Below are positions 19,112 to 28,395 of a stretch of 64,000 nucleotides of DNA, piece by piece. The stretch lies in assembly GCA_028717685.1 (NCBI GenBank), contig JAQUNI010000001.1:207451-271450 (forward strand), in the 5' to 3' direction. Numbering within the stretch: position 1 is the stretch's first letter; each line of letters starts with the position of its first letter. A model generated the notes under the pieces. The model did not search any database. It was not told where the DNA came from and saw only the letters and a list, made by a program, of their open reading frames with translations. The DNA is from Patescibacteria group bacterium (GTDB lineage: Bacteria > Patescibacteriota > JAQUNI01). The position numbers were made by a program, and so were the translations under genes.

Positions 19112-19906
19112 ATGATTAAGTTTGACCGCAAATTAAAACGAGTCCTCTTTTCTCCCCAAGAAAAAAGTTTTAGGACTAAATTATTTATTTTCTTAACAGG
19201 AGCAATAACCCTCGTTTTATTTTTCTTCGTTCTGCAAGAAGAAACAACGCGCGTCTCGGCGCAAGCCTTGCCTATTGCTGTCTCAATGAATCATATTGAT
19301 TTTGGTTTGGTCTTTCCCGGGGAGAGTCTGGAAAAAAACTTTATTGTTTATCTGGCCAATGGTCAAACCGAAAAAGTAAATTACAGTTTAATTCAAAGGA
19401 GAAAGCCCCTGCCGCCTGAATCCAAAATTGAGGAAGATCCAAATATGCCCGGTTTCTATCGCGACCTCTGCCCCTTTCTCACCAAAACCACCAAAGAGGG
19501 GGAAGGTGATTTGGAAATCGCAGCGTCGGTGACACCCACCACTGATCTTACCGATAAATGGCTGATTGACTTGGCAGTACCAGCGTTGGAAGGCTATGTG
19601 GCTCAAGAACACGGTGATAAGATAGTGAAGATTGCCGGCGACTATGGCTGTGATATCGTGATTGATATTGAGTCGAATGGTAATGGTACAGACGGAAATG
19701 GAGCTGGCGGCGGTCCAGAATGGTTTTGGCAGGATATGAATCTTGCGGGAGCCATGGAAATAGCTACCTCTCCAATCAAAAAAGTTGTGCAGGCAGCAGT
19801 CAAATTACCGGCTAAACTCCCCCGCGTTGGCGCGTGGGGCAGCCTTATTGCCGCCTCAATGGGCTTAATCGCGACAGCAGCCTTTTATAGAAGGAATAAA
19901 AAGTGA
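19112..19906 (+). CDS. Paralogue of the 15437 protein with a C-terminal sortase sorting signal
   Basis: IDFGLVFP, LCPFLTK, WLIDL, YGCDI; ends LPRVG + hydrophobic stretch + RRNKK. Confidence 0.65.
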   Translation: MIKFDRKLKRVLFSPQEKSFRTKLFIFLTGAITLVLFFFVLQEETTRVSAQALPIAVSMNHIDFGLVFPGESLEKNFIVYLANGQTEKVNYSLIQRRKPLPPESKIEEDPNMPGFYRDLCPFLTKTTKEGEGDLEIAASVTPTTDLTDKWLIDLAVPALEGYVAQEHGDKIVKIAGDYGCDIVIDIESNGNGTDGNGAGGGPEWFWQDMNLAGAMEIATSPIKKVVQAAVKLPAKLPRVGAWGSLIAASMGLIATAAFYRRNKK

Positions 19907-20140
19907 AATTCTAGGGAATTTTTTTTATTTATTAAAAACACCCCTAAAGAATAAGAGGGTGTTTTAATTAATTTTCAATTTTCATTAAATTTTCAATGTA
20001 TTAATTTTCAAACTTTTTTGTTGATGAAAGTTTTTAAAAATTAAAAATTAAAAGAATTTAATAGAAATTAGAAATTGAAAATTAAAAATTATTCGTCTGT
20101 GGATAACTTTCTTGAATCAAATCTTAAACAAAAATATAAT

Positions 20141-20321
20141 AAAAGTGCGTGTTTCCGCTAGTGTCAAATATTGTCATGCCGTTCTTTCGCTCCTTAGCGT
20201 CTAGCGCCAAAAGGAGCAATTGCTTATCCGCCTTTTTAGGACAAAGGCGGACACCATGCCTCTTGGAGAACTTATATTTTTTATGCGCGTGTTGAGTAAG
20301 TTTTCCAAGAGCGCTTTTTTT
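20141..20321 (+). ncRNA. Candidate structured ncRNA (about 180 nt)
   Basis: DnaA box at 20098, TTGAAT-17-TATAAT (20112-20140), two GC hairpins, long terminator 20260-20321. Confidence 0.45.
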
Positions 20322-20431
20322 TGACAAAAAAAATTAAAAATGGTATTATAGAAAGGCTTTATTCTAAGAACTTGTTATTATTCTTGCTATTATTTTGGTA
20401 CATTTTATTTCAAAAATAAGGAGAGCAAAAA

Positions 20432-20683
20432 ATGAAACAAGTTGCCCAGTATCTAGCTGTTTTTTTATTCTTCTTTCTATTGATTTTCGGCGGAGCGGAC
20501 GTGGATAACATAAGCTATCTCCTTGCCATTCTGGGAGTGGCTATATTGGGAATAATCACGATTATTATTCTGGTTGTCGTTGATAACCGCCGTCATCCGC
20601 CCATTACAACAGCGGACTTGATTAAAAAAATGAATTTTGACACGCATCAAGAGATTATTAAATCAGCCCGCCGTTCTCTTTAA
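20432..20683 (+). CDS. Small two-TM membrane protein (stand-alone unit)
   Basis: TTGACA-17-TATTAT promoter (20321-20349), AAGGAG SD, terminator 20683-20710. Confidence 0.65.
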   Translation: MKQVAQYLAVFLFFFLLIFGGADVDNISYLLAILGVAILGIITIIILVVVDNRRHPPITTADLIKKMNFDTHQEIIKSARRSL

Positions 20684-21029
20684 GGATCTGACCATTCAAG
20701 ATCCTTTTTTTATTTAAAATTTTATGGTTCAGATTGGGAGATCTGAACCAACAGTAAGGGAATATAAAAAGATCAAAAAGAAATTCTAAAAAATAAAAGT
20801 GGCTTCTAAAAAGCCACTTTTATTGCTGGCTCCATAGTCCTGAGCGTTAGCGAGGGCTATGGAGCCTTAATGCAAATCATTTCATCTAAAAGGACTGCAT
20901 CCCGCTCCCTCACTACTATGAAGCCAACGAGGTCGTCATTTACTCGTCATTCCCAAATGACGAGTTTTTTTAACACAAAACCCCGTTTCAAAACGGAGTT
21001 TTGTGTAGTATATTTCTTATCAATAACCG

Positions 21030-22103
21030 CTATAAAAGCAGGTCGTTAGGAAAATTATCGCTTATTACGGGCTTTTGTCTAACCTTCAGATAAGAAGAAG
21101 CATTTGCTTTAGCTTTAGCATAATCAAAAGCTTCTTCTATAACCACATCTTTTCTTTCTGGTTGTACTCCGTCTTTATCATGGTCATATTTATCTGCCAA
21201 GCCTTGCAACATTCCTTCATTGACAAAATAACGGGTGAACACTCCTTCGCCATCTTGGATTCCATTGCCATCCACATCCTCCCCGGCAGTGGAATAGACA
21301 TAAGCTGATTGAGTTTCTCCGGTTGCCATAGAAACTACTCTTCCAACGCTTGCCACATCGTTCATTCCGCCAGCAAGGCAAGAGTCAAAAACAAAAGCAA
21401 TCCTTGTAGTAGCAAAACCATCAAACCAATTTCTTAGTTCCCCGTCCCATATGTAAGTTATGTTATTCTCTGTATTAGCTTCGGTGTTCCAAACAACAAT
21501 GCCTTCATCTGTGAGTTCACTGTCTCCGTCCATAGCTGTCCCTTTTGTTCCATGTCCGCTGAAAAAGAATACCACTTCATCGCCCGATATAGCATGACCT
21601 TTAATATCCATTATAGCATTATAAATCTTTTCGCGGGTTGGAATACTATAGGCAACACTACCAAGGTTAGGACCAGTAGTACCTCCGTCGTCCTTAAACA
21701 ATTTGATATTTTCTGGTTTATATCCATAAAGCTCGATAAGAGCTTTATACATATGCAGTGAATCTCCATCGGACTGGCAGAGGTCAAGGTTTGTGCCTGG
21801 ATAATCACAAATTCCGATTATCACCGCATATTTATTACCTGTTGCCGGCGCGCCTAAAATTCCAGTGGCTGCGCTCCCCGTTTTAGAAGGAGGAGAAGGT
21901 TTGCCCTTTCCCTTACCCACATCTTCAGAAAAAACTTTCTTTACCACCTCTATATTAGTAGCAGGAATGGGTTTAGGCGCTTCTCTCTTCGGACCCTGCT
22001 GTTTTTCAGATGGCGCTGCTTGAGAGACTAAAACTCCGGATAAAATCAAAGTTAATCCGAGTATCGCTATACTAGATACTAAAATACTTAATCCTTTTTT
22101 CAT
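21030..22103 (-). CDS. Secreted caspase-family (C14) peptidase
   Basis: Signal peptide; KYAVIIGICDY; FFFSGHG (His); FVFDSCLAGG (Cys); terminator 20976-21005. Confidence 0.85.
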   Translation of the reverse strand: MKKGLSILVSSIAILGLTLILSGVLVSQAAPSEKQQGPKREAPKPIPATNIEVVKKVFSEDVGKGKGKPSPPSKTGSAATGILGAPATGNKYAVIIGICDYPGTNLDLCQSDGDSLHMYKALIELYGYKPENIKLFKDDGGTTGPNLGSVAYSIPTREKIYNAIMDIKGHAISGDEVVFFFSGHGTKGTAMDGDSELTDEGIVVWNTEANTENNITYIWDGELRNWFDGFATTRIAFVFDSCLAGGMNDVASVGRVVSMATGETQSAYVYSTAGEDVDGNGIQDGEGVFTRYFVNEGMLQGLADKYDHDKDGVQPERKDVVIEEAFDYAKAKANASSYLKVRQKPVISDNFPNDLLL

Positions 22104-22297
22104 GTTTTATGTTTTTAATTAAATTATAAATATTTAACCTTTGAGTTAAGGATTTTTCTCTTAACCTATATTAAAATTTTAACATATTTTTTGTAGAAAA
22201 ACAATAAATTATTAGGGCTTAGAAAATTCAAAACACGGGCATTGGGGTCAAGGTCTTGAATCATCCCGCGCGGTCGCTTATCACTTCATTCTAATCT

Positions 22298-22371
22298 TGG
22301 CAGGGGTGGAGGGAATCGGACCCCCGACTACGGTTTTGGAGACCGTCGTTATACCACTTAACTACACCCCC
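22298..22371 (-). tRNA. tRNA-Trp (CCA)
   Basis: Cloverleaf; anticodon loop CTCCAAA; encoded 3' CCA. Confidence 0.93.
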
Positions 22372-22494
22372 GAAAATAAAATTTCTAATTTTCAATTTCT
22401 AATTTCTATTAAATTTTCAATGAATCAATTTTTAGGCAGTTTAAAAATTAAGAAATTAGAAATTTAATAAAAATTAAGAAATAAAAATTAAAAA

Positions 22495-22656
22495 TTATTT
22501 CTTTACTTCTTTATGCAAGATGTGCTTGCGGCAATGGCGGCAGTATTTTTTTAATTCCAGTTTTTTCGCCTGCGGATCCTTCTTGTTGCGGCGGGTGAAA
22601 TAATTGATATTCTTGCACGCCGTGCATTGCAGGCGAACTAAAGTTTTTTGGGGCAT
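22495..22656 (-). CDS. rpmG: 50S ribosomal protein L33 (Zn-ribbon type), not in the ORF track
   Basis: [53 protein letters not shown]. Confidence 0.95.
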   Translation of the reverse strand: MPQKTLVRLQCTACKNINYFTRRNKKDPQAKKLELKKYCRHCRKHILHKEVKK

Positions 22657-22695
22657 AGAAATAAGTTAAAAGATAAAAGTGAAAAGTCATTTTTG

Positions 22696-22767
22696 AGCCC
22701 ACGAGCGGATTTGAACCGCTGACCTACTCCTTACCATGGAGTTGCTCTACCACTGAGCTACATGGGC
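22696..22767 (-). tRNA. tRNA-Thr (GGT)
   Basis: GCCCATG acceptor; ACTCC-ATGGTAA-GGAGT anticodon arm; GGTTCAAATCC T-arm. Confidence 0.93.
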
Positions 22768-22872
22768 TAAAAAGGAATCATATATTATGAATCAGGAATT
22801 ATGAATGGGGAAAATTATGAATAAAAAAAATAATTCATTATTCCCGATTCCCTATTCCTTATTCCATGATTG

Positions 22873-22955
22873 TGGGGAGAGCAGGATTTGAACCTGCGTA
22901 GCCCGAAGGCGCGAGTTTTACAGACTCGAGCAATTGACCACTCTGCCATCTCCCC
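22873..22955 (-). tRNA. tRNA-Tyr (GTA)
   Basis: CGAGT-CTGTAAA-ACTCG anticodon arm; long variable arm. Confidence 0.93.
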
Positions 22956-22960
22956 GTCTT

Positions 22961-23075
22961 CAAGTTAAAAGTCCAGAGTTCAAAATTCAAAGTTGAATCC
23001 AAAGTTCAAAGTTAAATTCCTGAGATTTTAAATTTTTAACTGTAACTTTTAACTTTGCACTTTGAACTTTTAACT
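22961..23075. repeat. Empty AAAGTTC-family heptamer element; similar copy at 28279-28387
   Basis: aaattc-aaagttg...aaagttc-aaagtt arm facing aacttt-taacttt-gcacttt-gaacttt. Confidence 0.7.
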
Positions 23076-23082
23076 ATTTTTG

Positions 23083-23154
23083 AGCCGAGGAGAGGATTCG
23101 AACCCCCAACCTTGGCTTTACAAAAGCCCTGCTCTACCTTTGAGCTACCTCGGC
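23083..23154 (-). tRNA. tRNA-Thr (TGT)
   Basis: GCCGAGG acceptor; loop TTTGTAA; GGTTCGAATCC. Confidence 0.92.
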
Positions 23155-23248
23155 AAAAGGGAATAATGAATCAGGAATTATGAATGAGGAAAATTATGAA
23201 TAAAAAAAATAATTCATTATTCTCCAATTACCAATTACTAATTACAGA

Positions 23249-24205
23249 TTACTGATTACCCTTAATCTTCCTCTGTTTTTCTAAAAGCTCAATATATTTA
23301 TAATTACCAGGATATGCTTTCACCAGTTCTTCATAGGTTCTTACTGTTTTATCAATATTGTTCTGATTGCGATACATCTTGCCTAATTCTAAGTAAAAAT
23401 ACTCTTTGGAGCGGTTCTTTTTAATCGCCCGACGATAAATTTTTTCCGCCTCCTTCATCTTACCTTCCTCAGTATAAGCGAATCCTAACTTCCTATAAAC
23501 ATCAATTTCGTCCGCTCCTCTTTTCAAGGCTTCTCGAAAAGAAGATTCGGCATCGCGAAAATTTCCCTGCTCAAAATAAAGAGTGCCCAATATTTTGTAA
23601 ACTTGGGCATTTTTAGGACTCTTGCGAATGACGGAAAAACAAATCTTTTCTGCCGCTTTGAAGTGTTTTATTTTAACAGCATTTTGAGCATCGGTCAACA
23701 ACTCTTCCAAGCTTAACTCTTCCTGCTCTTCCCGCTTTAAAAGCGCGGAGGGAATTTCCACTTTGACCTCTCTGGCTTTGAACCCTTGGGACGTAAATGG
23801 TTTCGGCTTTCTTAACCTCCGTGCTTCTTGCTCATCCCCTGCCCGCATTAATATTTTTTCTTCCTGTTGAATTTTTTCGTTTTGATATGGTATTTTTTGC
23901 TTGTTTTTTCTTCTCGCCTCGATGAGCCCTTTAATTCTACCTCCCAAGGCTTTCAGCCCCCTCCTGCATAAAACCAAAATTTTTTTTGCCGCTCCTCCGC
24001 CCTTCCGAGCAACGGACAAAATAAAATACCATATATGAGGCAGACACGTTTTAAAAACCGCTAAAACTGTTTTTCTATTTTTTCTCGGCTTTGATACCGC
24101 ATCTATTTTTAACTCTCGGACCTCGGGCAACTTCCGACCTAAAATCACAACAATACCCGCCAGCGCTAAAACAATTACGAATTGAGGAATGATCTCGTAA
24201 ATCAT
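23249..24205 (-). CDS. Membrane-anchored TPR protein
   Basis: N-terminal TM; TPR-like YKILGTLYFEQGNFRDAE, YRKLGFAY, YLELGKMY. Confidence 0.8.
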   Translation of the reverse strand: MIYEIIPQFVIVLALAGIVVILGRKLPEVRELKIDAVSKPRKNRKTVLAVFKTCLPHIWYFILSVARKGGGAAKKILVLCRRGLKALGGRIKGLIEARRKNKQKIPYQNEKIQQEEKILMRAGDEQEARRLRKPKPFTSQGFKAREVKVEIPSALLKREEQEELSLEELLTDAQNAVKIKHFKAAEKICFSVIRKSPKNAQVYKILGTLYFEQGNFRDAESSFREALKRGADEIDVYRKLGFAYTEEGKMKEAEKIYRRAIKKNRSKEYFYLELGKMYRNQNNIDKTVRTYEELVKAYPGNYKYIELLEKQRKIKGNQ

Positions 24206-24338
24206 TATTGTATAATGGTTTAAAGTGAAGGTCCTTAAAGAATGAAATTTGGATTTTAATTTTACGCCACCCTCCCCCTTTTCACTCTAGATAAACCTCT
24301 CTTAAGGGCGGTTATTTCCTTGCGCAAGCCCTTCACCT

Positions 24339-25133
24339 TTAACTAAAGGTGAATGGGCAAGAGATCTCAATTTCTGTCCCGTCCTGGCTCAACTTAACTT
24401 TAACTTTCTGCGCCAAAAGGCTGCGACTGACAACTATCCCCTTGCCTTGGGGAGTGTTAACCACTTCATTGATTTCCGGCATCTGGCGGGCCAGTTCTTC
24501 ATACATATCCGCTTCGTAAGAAAGACAACACTTTAAGCGTCCGCACAATCCGGAATTTTTTTCACTGCCCTTATGGGTCATTTCTTGCATTCTAGCCATA
24601 TCCGTGGTGACGCTTTTCAATTCCTCCAAGAAACGGCTGCAACAAATTTCGCGGCCGCACATCCCATAACCGCCTACCACTTTCGCGCCATCTCTGGAGC
24701 CAACTTGCTGCAAGCGAATTGATTTCTGAAAATGATGCGTCAAGTCCTTTAAAAGATTGCGAAAATCAATCCTTCCCTCCGCTGTAAAAGCAAAAGTAAT
24801 GCGGCTGCCGTCCAAAGCAAAATGGACATCAATCAGTTTCATCGTGAGTTTATATTCTTTGATTTTCTCTTGAAAAATTTTGACCGCCTCATCCTTCTTG
24901 GTTTTATAATATTGAATCTTTTCCAGGTCGGTATTGACCGCTTTTCTTAAAACCGGCTTCAAGGCCGTTACCGATTTTTCCTCTGCGCTCTCCCTCACAT
25001 AAAGCACTCTCCCCAACTCCAAACCCTGTTCTGTTTCCACAATCACAGCATCATTTTCTCTTAAATTCAAATCCCGCGGATTGAATTCCTCCGTCATCCC
25101 CCAAGATTTAATTTTGACATTTACCACCTGCAT
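24339..25133 (-). CDS. PSP1-domain (RicT/YaaT, stage 0 sporulation family) protein
   Basis: FTAEGRIDFR, GMCGREICC, SGLCGRLKCCL; start moved to MQVVNV. Confidence 0.88.
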   Translation of the reverse strand: MQVVNVKIKSWGMTEEFNPRDLNLRENDAVIVETEQGLELGRVLYVRESAEEKSVTALKPVLRKAVNTDLEKIQYYKTKKDEAVKIFQEKIKEYKLTMKLIDVHFALDGSRITFAFTAEGRIDFRNLLKDLTHHFQKSIRLQQVGSRDGAKVVGGYGMCGREICCSRFLEELKSVTTDMARMQEMTHKGSEKNSGLCGRLKCCLSYEADMYEELARQMPEINEVVNTPQGKGIVVSRSLLAQKVKVKLSQDGTEIEISCPFTFS

Positions 25134-25149
25134 ATTCTGAAGAAAAGAT

Positions 25150-25737
25150 TTAGATTTCAAATTTAATAAACTCCCCCACCTCAATCTTCTCGCCTAACTT
25201 CAATATTTTTTCCTGCACCAATGCTTGAACGCTCATCTCTGGGTTTTGAAAAAATGGTTGCGCGAGAAGACAAATTTCTTCCTGATATTTCTTTAATTTT
25301 CCTGCCACAATCTTCTCTTTGACCTGCCGCGGTTTCTTTTTTCCTTTAAGCTCTCCTAAAATGATTTCCTTTTCTTCTTTGATTTTTTCCGCGGGGATAT
25401 CTTCCGGACGAACATAAAGCGCGCCCGCGGCTAAAACCTGCATTGCCAAGAGATGAGCTAATTCTTGAAATTCCTTATTTCGCGCCACAAAATCACTCTC
25501 GCAATAGACCTTGATGAGAGAAGCTACCTTGCCATTATTGTGGACATAACAGCCAATTACGCCTTCATGCGCGACCCGATTTTCTTTCTGCCTCGCAATT
25601 TTCTGCCCTTTTTTTCTTAATATTTTTTCTGCCTCCTTTAAATCGCCATCCGCCTCGCAAAGCGCTTTTTTGCAATTCATCATTCCCGCACCCGTCATTT
25701 CCCTTAATTTTTGAATAGAAATGATTGCTATTTTCAT
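25150..25737 (-). CDS. tsf: Elongation factor Ts (short form)
   Basis: LREMTGAGMMNCKKAL, CESDFVARN. Confidence 0.95.
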   Translation of the reverse strand: MKIAIISIQKLREMTGAGMMNCKKALCEADGDLKEAEKILRKKGQKIARQKENRVAHEGVIGCYVHNNGKVASLIKVYCESDFVARNKEFQELAHLLAMQVLAAGALYVRPEDIPAEKIKEEKEIILGELKGKKKPRQVKEKIVAGKLKKYQEEICLLAQPFFQNPEMSVQALVQEKILKLGEKIEVGEFIKFEI

Positions 25738-25749
25738 TTTTTAATTTAT

Positions 25750-26457
25750 TTAAGAAGGTTTTATGGTTTTTAAATTTTTTTGAACCTCGATAATAGCCTC
25801 GCCTACCTTTGCACAGATAACTTCAATTCCCCGAATAGCGTCATCATTGCCAGGAATGGGATAATCAATAAGTTCGGGGTTGCCGTTAGTATCTACTAAG
25901 GCGATAATAGGCACTTTCTTTCTCCGCGCTTCAAGCACCGCGTTCTTTTCCCTCACCACATCAATAATGAAAATCGCTTGAGGAAACCCTTTCAGGGTCG
26001 CGAGCCCCCCCACCATTTCCGTGAGTTTCTCTTTTTCTCGGGCAAGGGCTAAACGTTCTTTTTTTGTATATTTTTCCCATTCCCCTCCTTTTTCTCCTTC
26101 TTCCAGCTTTTTGAGCCTCTCTACCTTTTGATGGATAACATCAAAATTGGTAAAAGTGCCTCCCAACCATCTTTTTACCACATACGGCATCTGCGTTTTA
26201 AGGGCTGTTTCCCGGATAATCTCTTGGGCTTGTTTTTTACTGCCTAAAAATAAAATTTGACCCCCGCGAGAGACTATTTCCTGAACAAAATGTAAAACCT
26301 CTCCCAACTTTTCTTGCGTCTTCTGCAAATCAATAATAGAAATCCCATTCCGCACGGTAAAAATATAAGGCTCCATTTTAGGATGCCTTTTAGACTTTTG
26401 ATGGCCAAAATGCAATCCCGCTTCCAGCATTTTAACAATTAAATTTTCATTCTCCAT
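25750..26457 (-). CDS. rpsB: 30S ribosomal protein S2
   Basis: MLEAGLHFGH, RWLGGTFTNF, PGNDDAIR. Confidence 0.97.
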   Translation of the reverse strand: MENENLIVKMLEAGLHFGHQKSKRHPKMEPYIFTVRNGISIIDLQKTQEKLGEVLHFVQEIVSRGGQILFLGSKKQAQEIIRETALKTQMPYVVKRWLGGTFTNFDVIHQKVERLKKLEEGEKGGEWEKYTKKERLALAREKEKLTEMVGGLATLKGFPQAIFIIDVVREKNAVLEARRKKVPIIALVDTNGNPELIDYPIPGNDDAIRGIEVICAKVGEAIIEVQKNLKTIKPS

Positions 26458-26800
26458 AAATAATTTTCAAAAGTATAAATTAATCCTTCAACAAATTTCA
26501 GGACTAATGCCAAATAAAGCCGAAATGAAAATTCCATTCTCATTCCCGCCTTCTAGAGCCAATTATAAGCAGAGCTTGAAATTCTTGTTCGGTCTAAATG
26601 AAAGTAAACTTTTATTTATCCCTCTACTAGCGAATTATAGCATATAAAAAAATTTAATCAAGGGGAGCAAACCCAGTTAGAGAACCTCGTTCTCTCGGGG
26701 CAAAAAACCGCTTTGAAAACCTTGGAGAGGTTATAAAAGCCGATAAATCTTGCCTAAATTCATCTTTTATATTATATTAATCTCATAGTAATTAACTTCT

Positions 26801-27061
26801 ATGAAAGAAAAAATTCACCCTCAATACGGCAAATCAATTGTGACTTGTTCCTGCGGCAACACTTTTGAAACCGGCTCCGTGATTCCAGAAATTCACGTGG
26901 AGATCTGTTCGGCGTGCCATCCATTTTACACAGGGAAAAAGAAACTCGTGGACGAAGCGGGAAGAGTGGAACGTTTTGAAAAAATCATGGCTAAAACGAA
27001 AAATATCAAAAAAATGAAAAAAACAAAAAAGGTAAAAAGGGGCAAAAAAAGTAAAAAATAA
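26801..27061 (+). CDS. rpmE: 50S ribosomal protein L31 (Zn type)
   Basis: [23 protein letters not shown]. Confidence 0.97.
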   Translation: MKEKIHPQYGKSIVTCSCGNTFETGSVIPEIHVEICSACHPFYTGKKKLVDEAGRVERFEKIMAKTKNIKKMKKTKKVKRGKKSKK

Positions 27062-27070
27062 ATATTTGTT

Positions 27071-27128
27071 TTGACCCCGTTAGAAACATGCCCCGCCCCG
27101 TTAGAAAAAATTTTCTAACGGGGTTGAC
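27071..27128. repeat. CCCCGTTAGA...TCTAACGGGG palindrome; copies at 32401-32432, 36155-36235, 51957-51988 and in the pilin leader
   Basis: ttgac-cccgttagaaa...tttctaacgggg-ttgac. Confidence 0.7.
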
Positions 27129-27146
27129 TAAATTGAGCTGTAAATA

Positions 27147-27222
27147 GCAGGGGCGGACCAGTGTGTCCGCCCGGTTTCGGGTTAACAGGAGATTGCGGGT
27201 TGACACATGGGTCAATCCCTAC
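27147..27222. repeat. REP/REPIN-like doublet
   Basis: gcaggggcggaccagtgtgtccgccc ... gggttgacacatgggtcaatccctac. Confidence 0.55.
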
Positions 27223-27234
27223 AATTTTATCTTT

Positions 27235-28287
27235 ATGAAAGGAAAAATTAAAAAAATTCAAAAGGAATATGAAATGATTTTGAGCGCGCTCTCCGAGCCT
27301 GCTGCTATTTCTGATCCCGCGAAACGAACTTCCCTTAACAAAAGAAGCGCTAGGCTTCAGACCATACTTGCGGAGCATGAAAATTACAAAAAAATTCAGA
27401 AAGAAATTAGAGAAACTGAAACCTTGCTTGTTGATCCCGAACTCAAAAAGGAAGCGGAGCAAGAATTGCAGAATTTAAAGAGTAAAGAGACGCAGATCAG
27501 GCAGAGTTTAGAGGAAAAATTAAATCCCCCAAATCCCAATGACGTCAAAGATATAATTATGGAAATCCGCGCTGGCGCTGGCGGCGATGAAGCCGGACTT
27601 TTCGCCGCCGATCTTTTTCGGATGTATTCACGTTATACTGAACAACGCGGATGGGAGGTAAATCTTCTTAATTCCAGCCGCACGGGCATTGGCGGCTTTA
27701 AAGAGATTATCTTTGAGGTGAACGGCAGCGATGTTTTCAGCCACTTAAAATACGAAAGCGGAGTGCATCGCGTCCAACGCATACCGGAAACCGAAAAGTC
27801 GGGGCGCATCCATACCTCCACGGCTTCCGTCGCGGTTCTGCCTCAAGCCGAGGAAGTGGAAATCAAAATCAAACCGGAAAATTTACGCGTTGACGTTTAC
27901 CGTTCTTCCGGACCCGGCGGCCAAAGCGTAAACACCACCGATTCTGCTGTCCGCATCACCTATCTTCCCACCGGATTAGTTGTTTCCTGCCAAGACCAAA
28001 AATCACAACTTAAAAACAAAGAAAAAGCGCTTCAGGTTCTCCGCTCTCGCTTGCTCGTTCAAAGACAAGAAGAAGGAGAAAAAGCGCAAGGCAAGGCAAG
28101 GCGCGCTCAAATTGGCGGGGCTAAGCGCGCTGAAAAAATTCGCACCTATAATTTTCCCCAAGACCGCATCACGGATCACCGGATCAAGAAAAGCTGGCAC
28201 GGCATAGAAAGGATTATGAACGGAGAAATAGACGATATTATTCAAACAATTAAGAATAATCTTGGACAGAACAACAGCAAAAGTTAA
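27235..28287 (+). CDS. prfA: Peptide chain release factor 1
   Basis: PET motif (RIPETE), GPGGQSVN; start moved to MKGKI. Confidence 0.95.
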   Translation: MKGKIKKIQKEYEMILSALSEPAAISDPAKRTSLNKRSARLQTILAEHENYKKIQKEIRETETLLVDPELKKEAEQELQNLKSKETQIRQSLEEKLNPPNPNDVKDIIMEIRAGAGGDEAGLFAADLFRMYSRYTEQRGWEVNLLNSSRTGIGGFKEIIFEVNGSDVFSHLKYESGVHRVQRIPETEKSGRIHTSTASVAVLPQAEEVEIKIKPENLRVDVYRSSGPGGQSVNTTDSAVRITYLPTGLVVSCQDQKSQLKNKEKALQVLRSRLLVQRQEEGEKAQGKARRAQIGGAKRAEKIRTYNFPQDRITDHRIKKSWHGIERIMNGEIDDIIQTIKNNLGQNNSKS

Positions 28288-28395
28288 AAGTTCAAAATTC
28301 AAAGTTGAGTTTCAAATTAAAAGCTTTAAGATTATTAACTTTAAATTTTTAATTCAACTTTTCACTTTGCACTTTGAACCTTTAACTAGAACAAT

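Noticed and set aside
15079-20106. Replication origin
   Set aside because: DnaA boxes are isolated rather than clustered, and dnaA/dnaN are absent
20124-20327. 67-aa basic ORF as a ribosomal protein
   Set aside because: No L35 or other family motif and no SD; promoter and terminator point to the opposite strand
22511-22702. 63-aa ORF in the track
   Set aside because: Wrong frame; rpmG (22495-22656) occupies this locus and the ORF start overlaps tRNA-Thr
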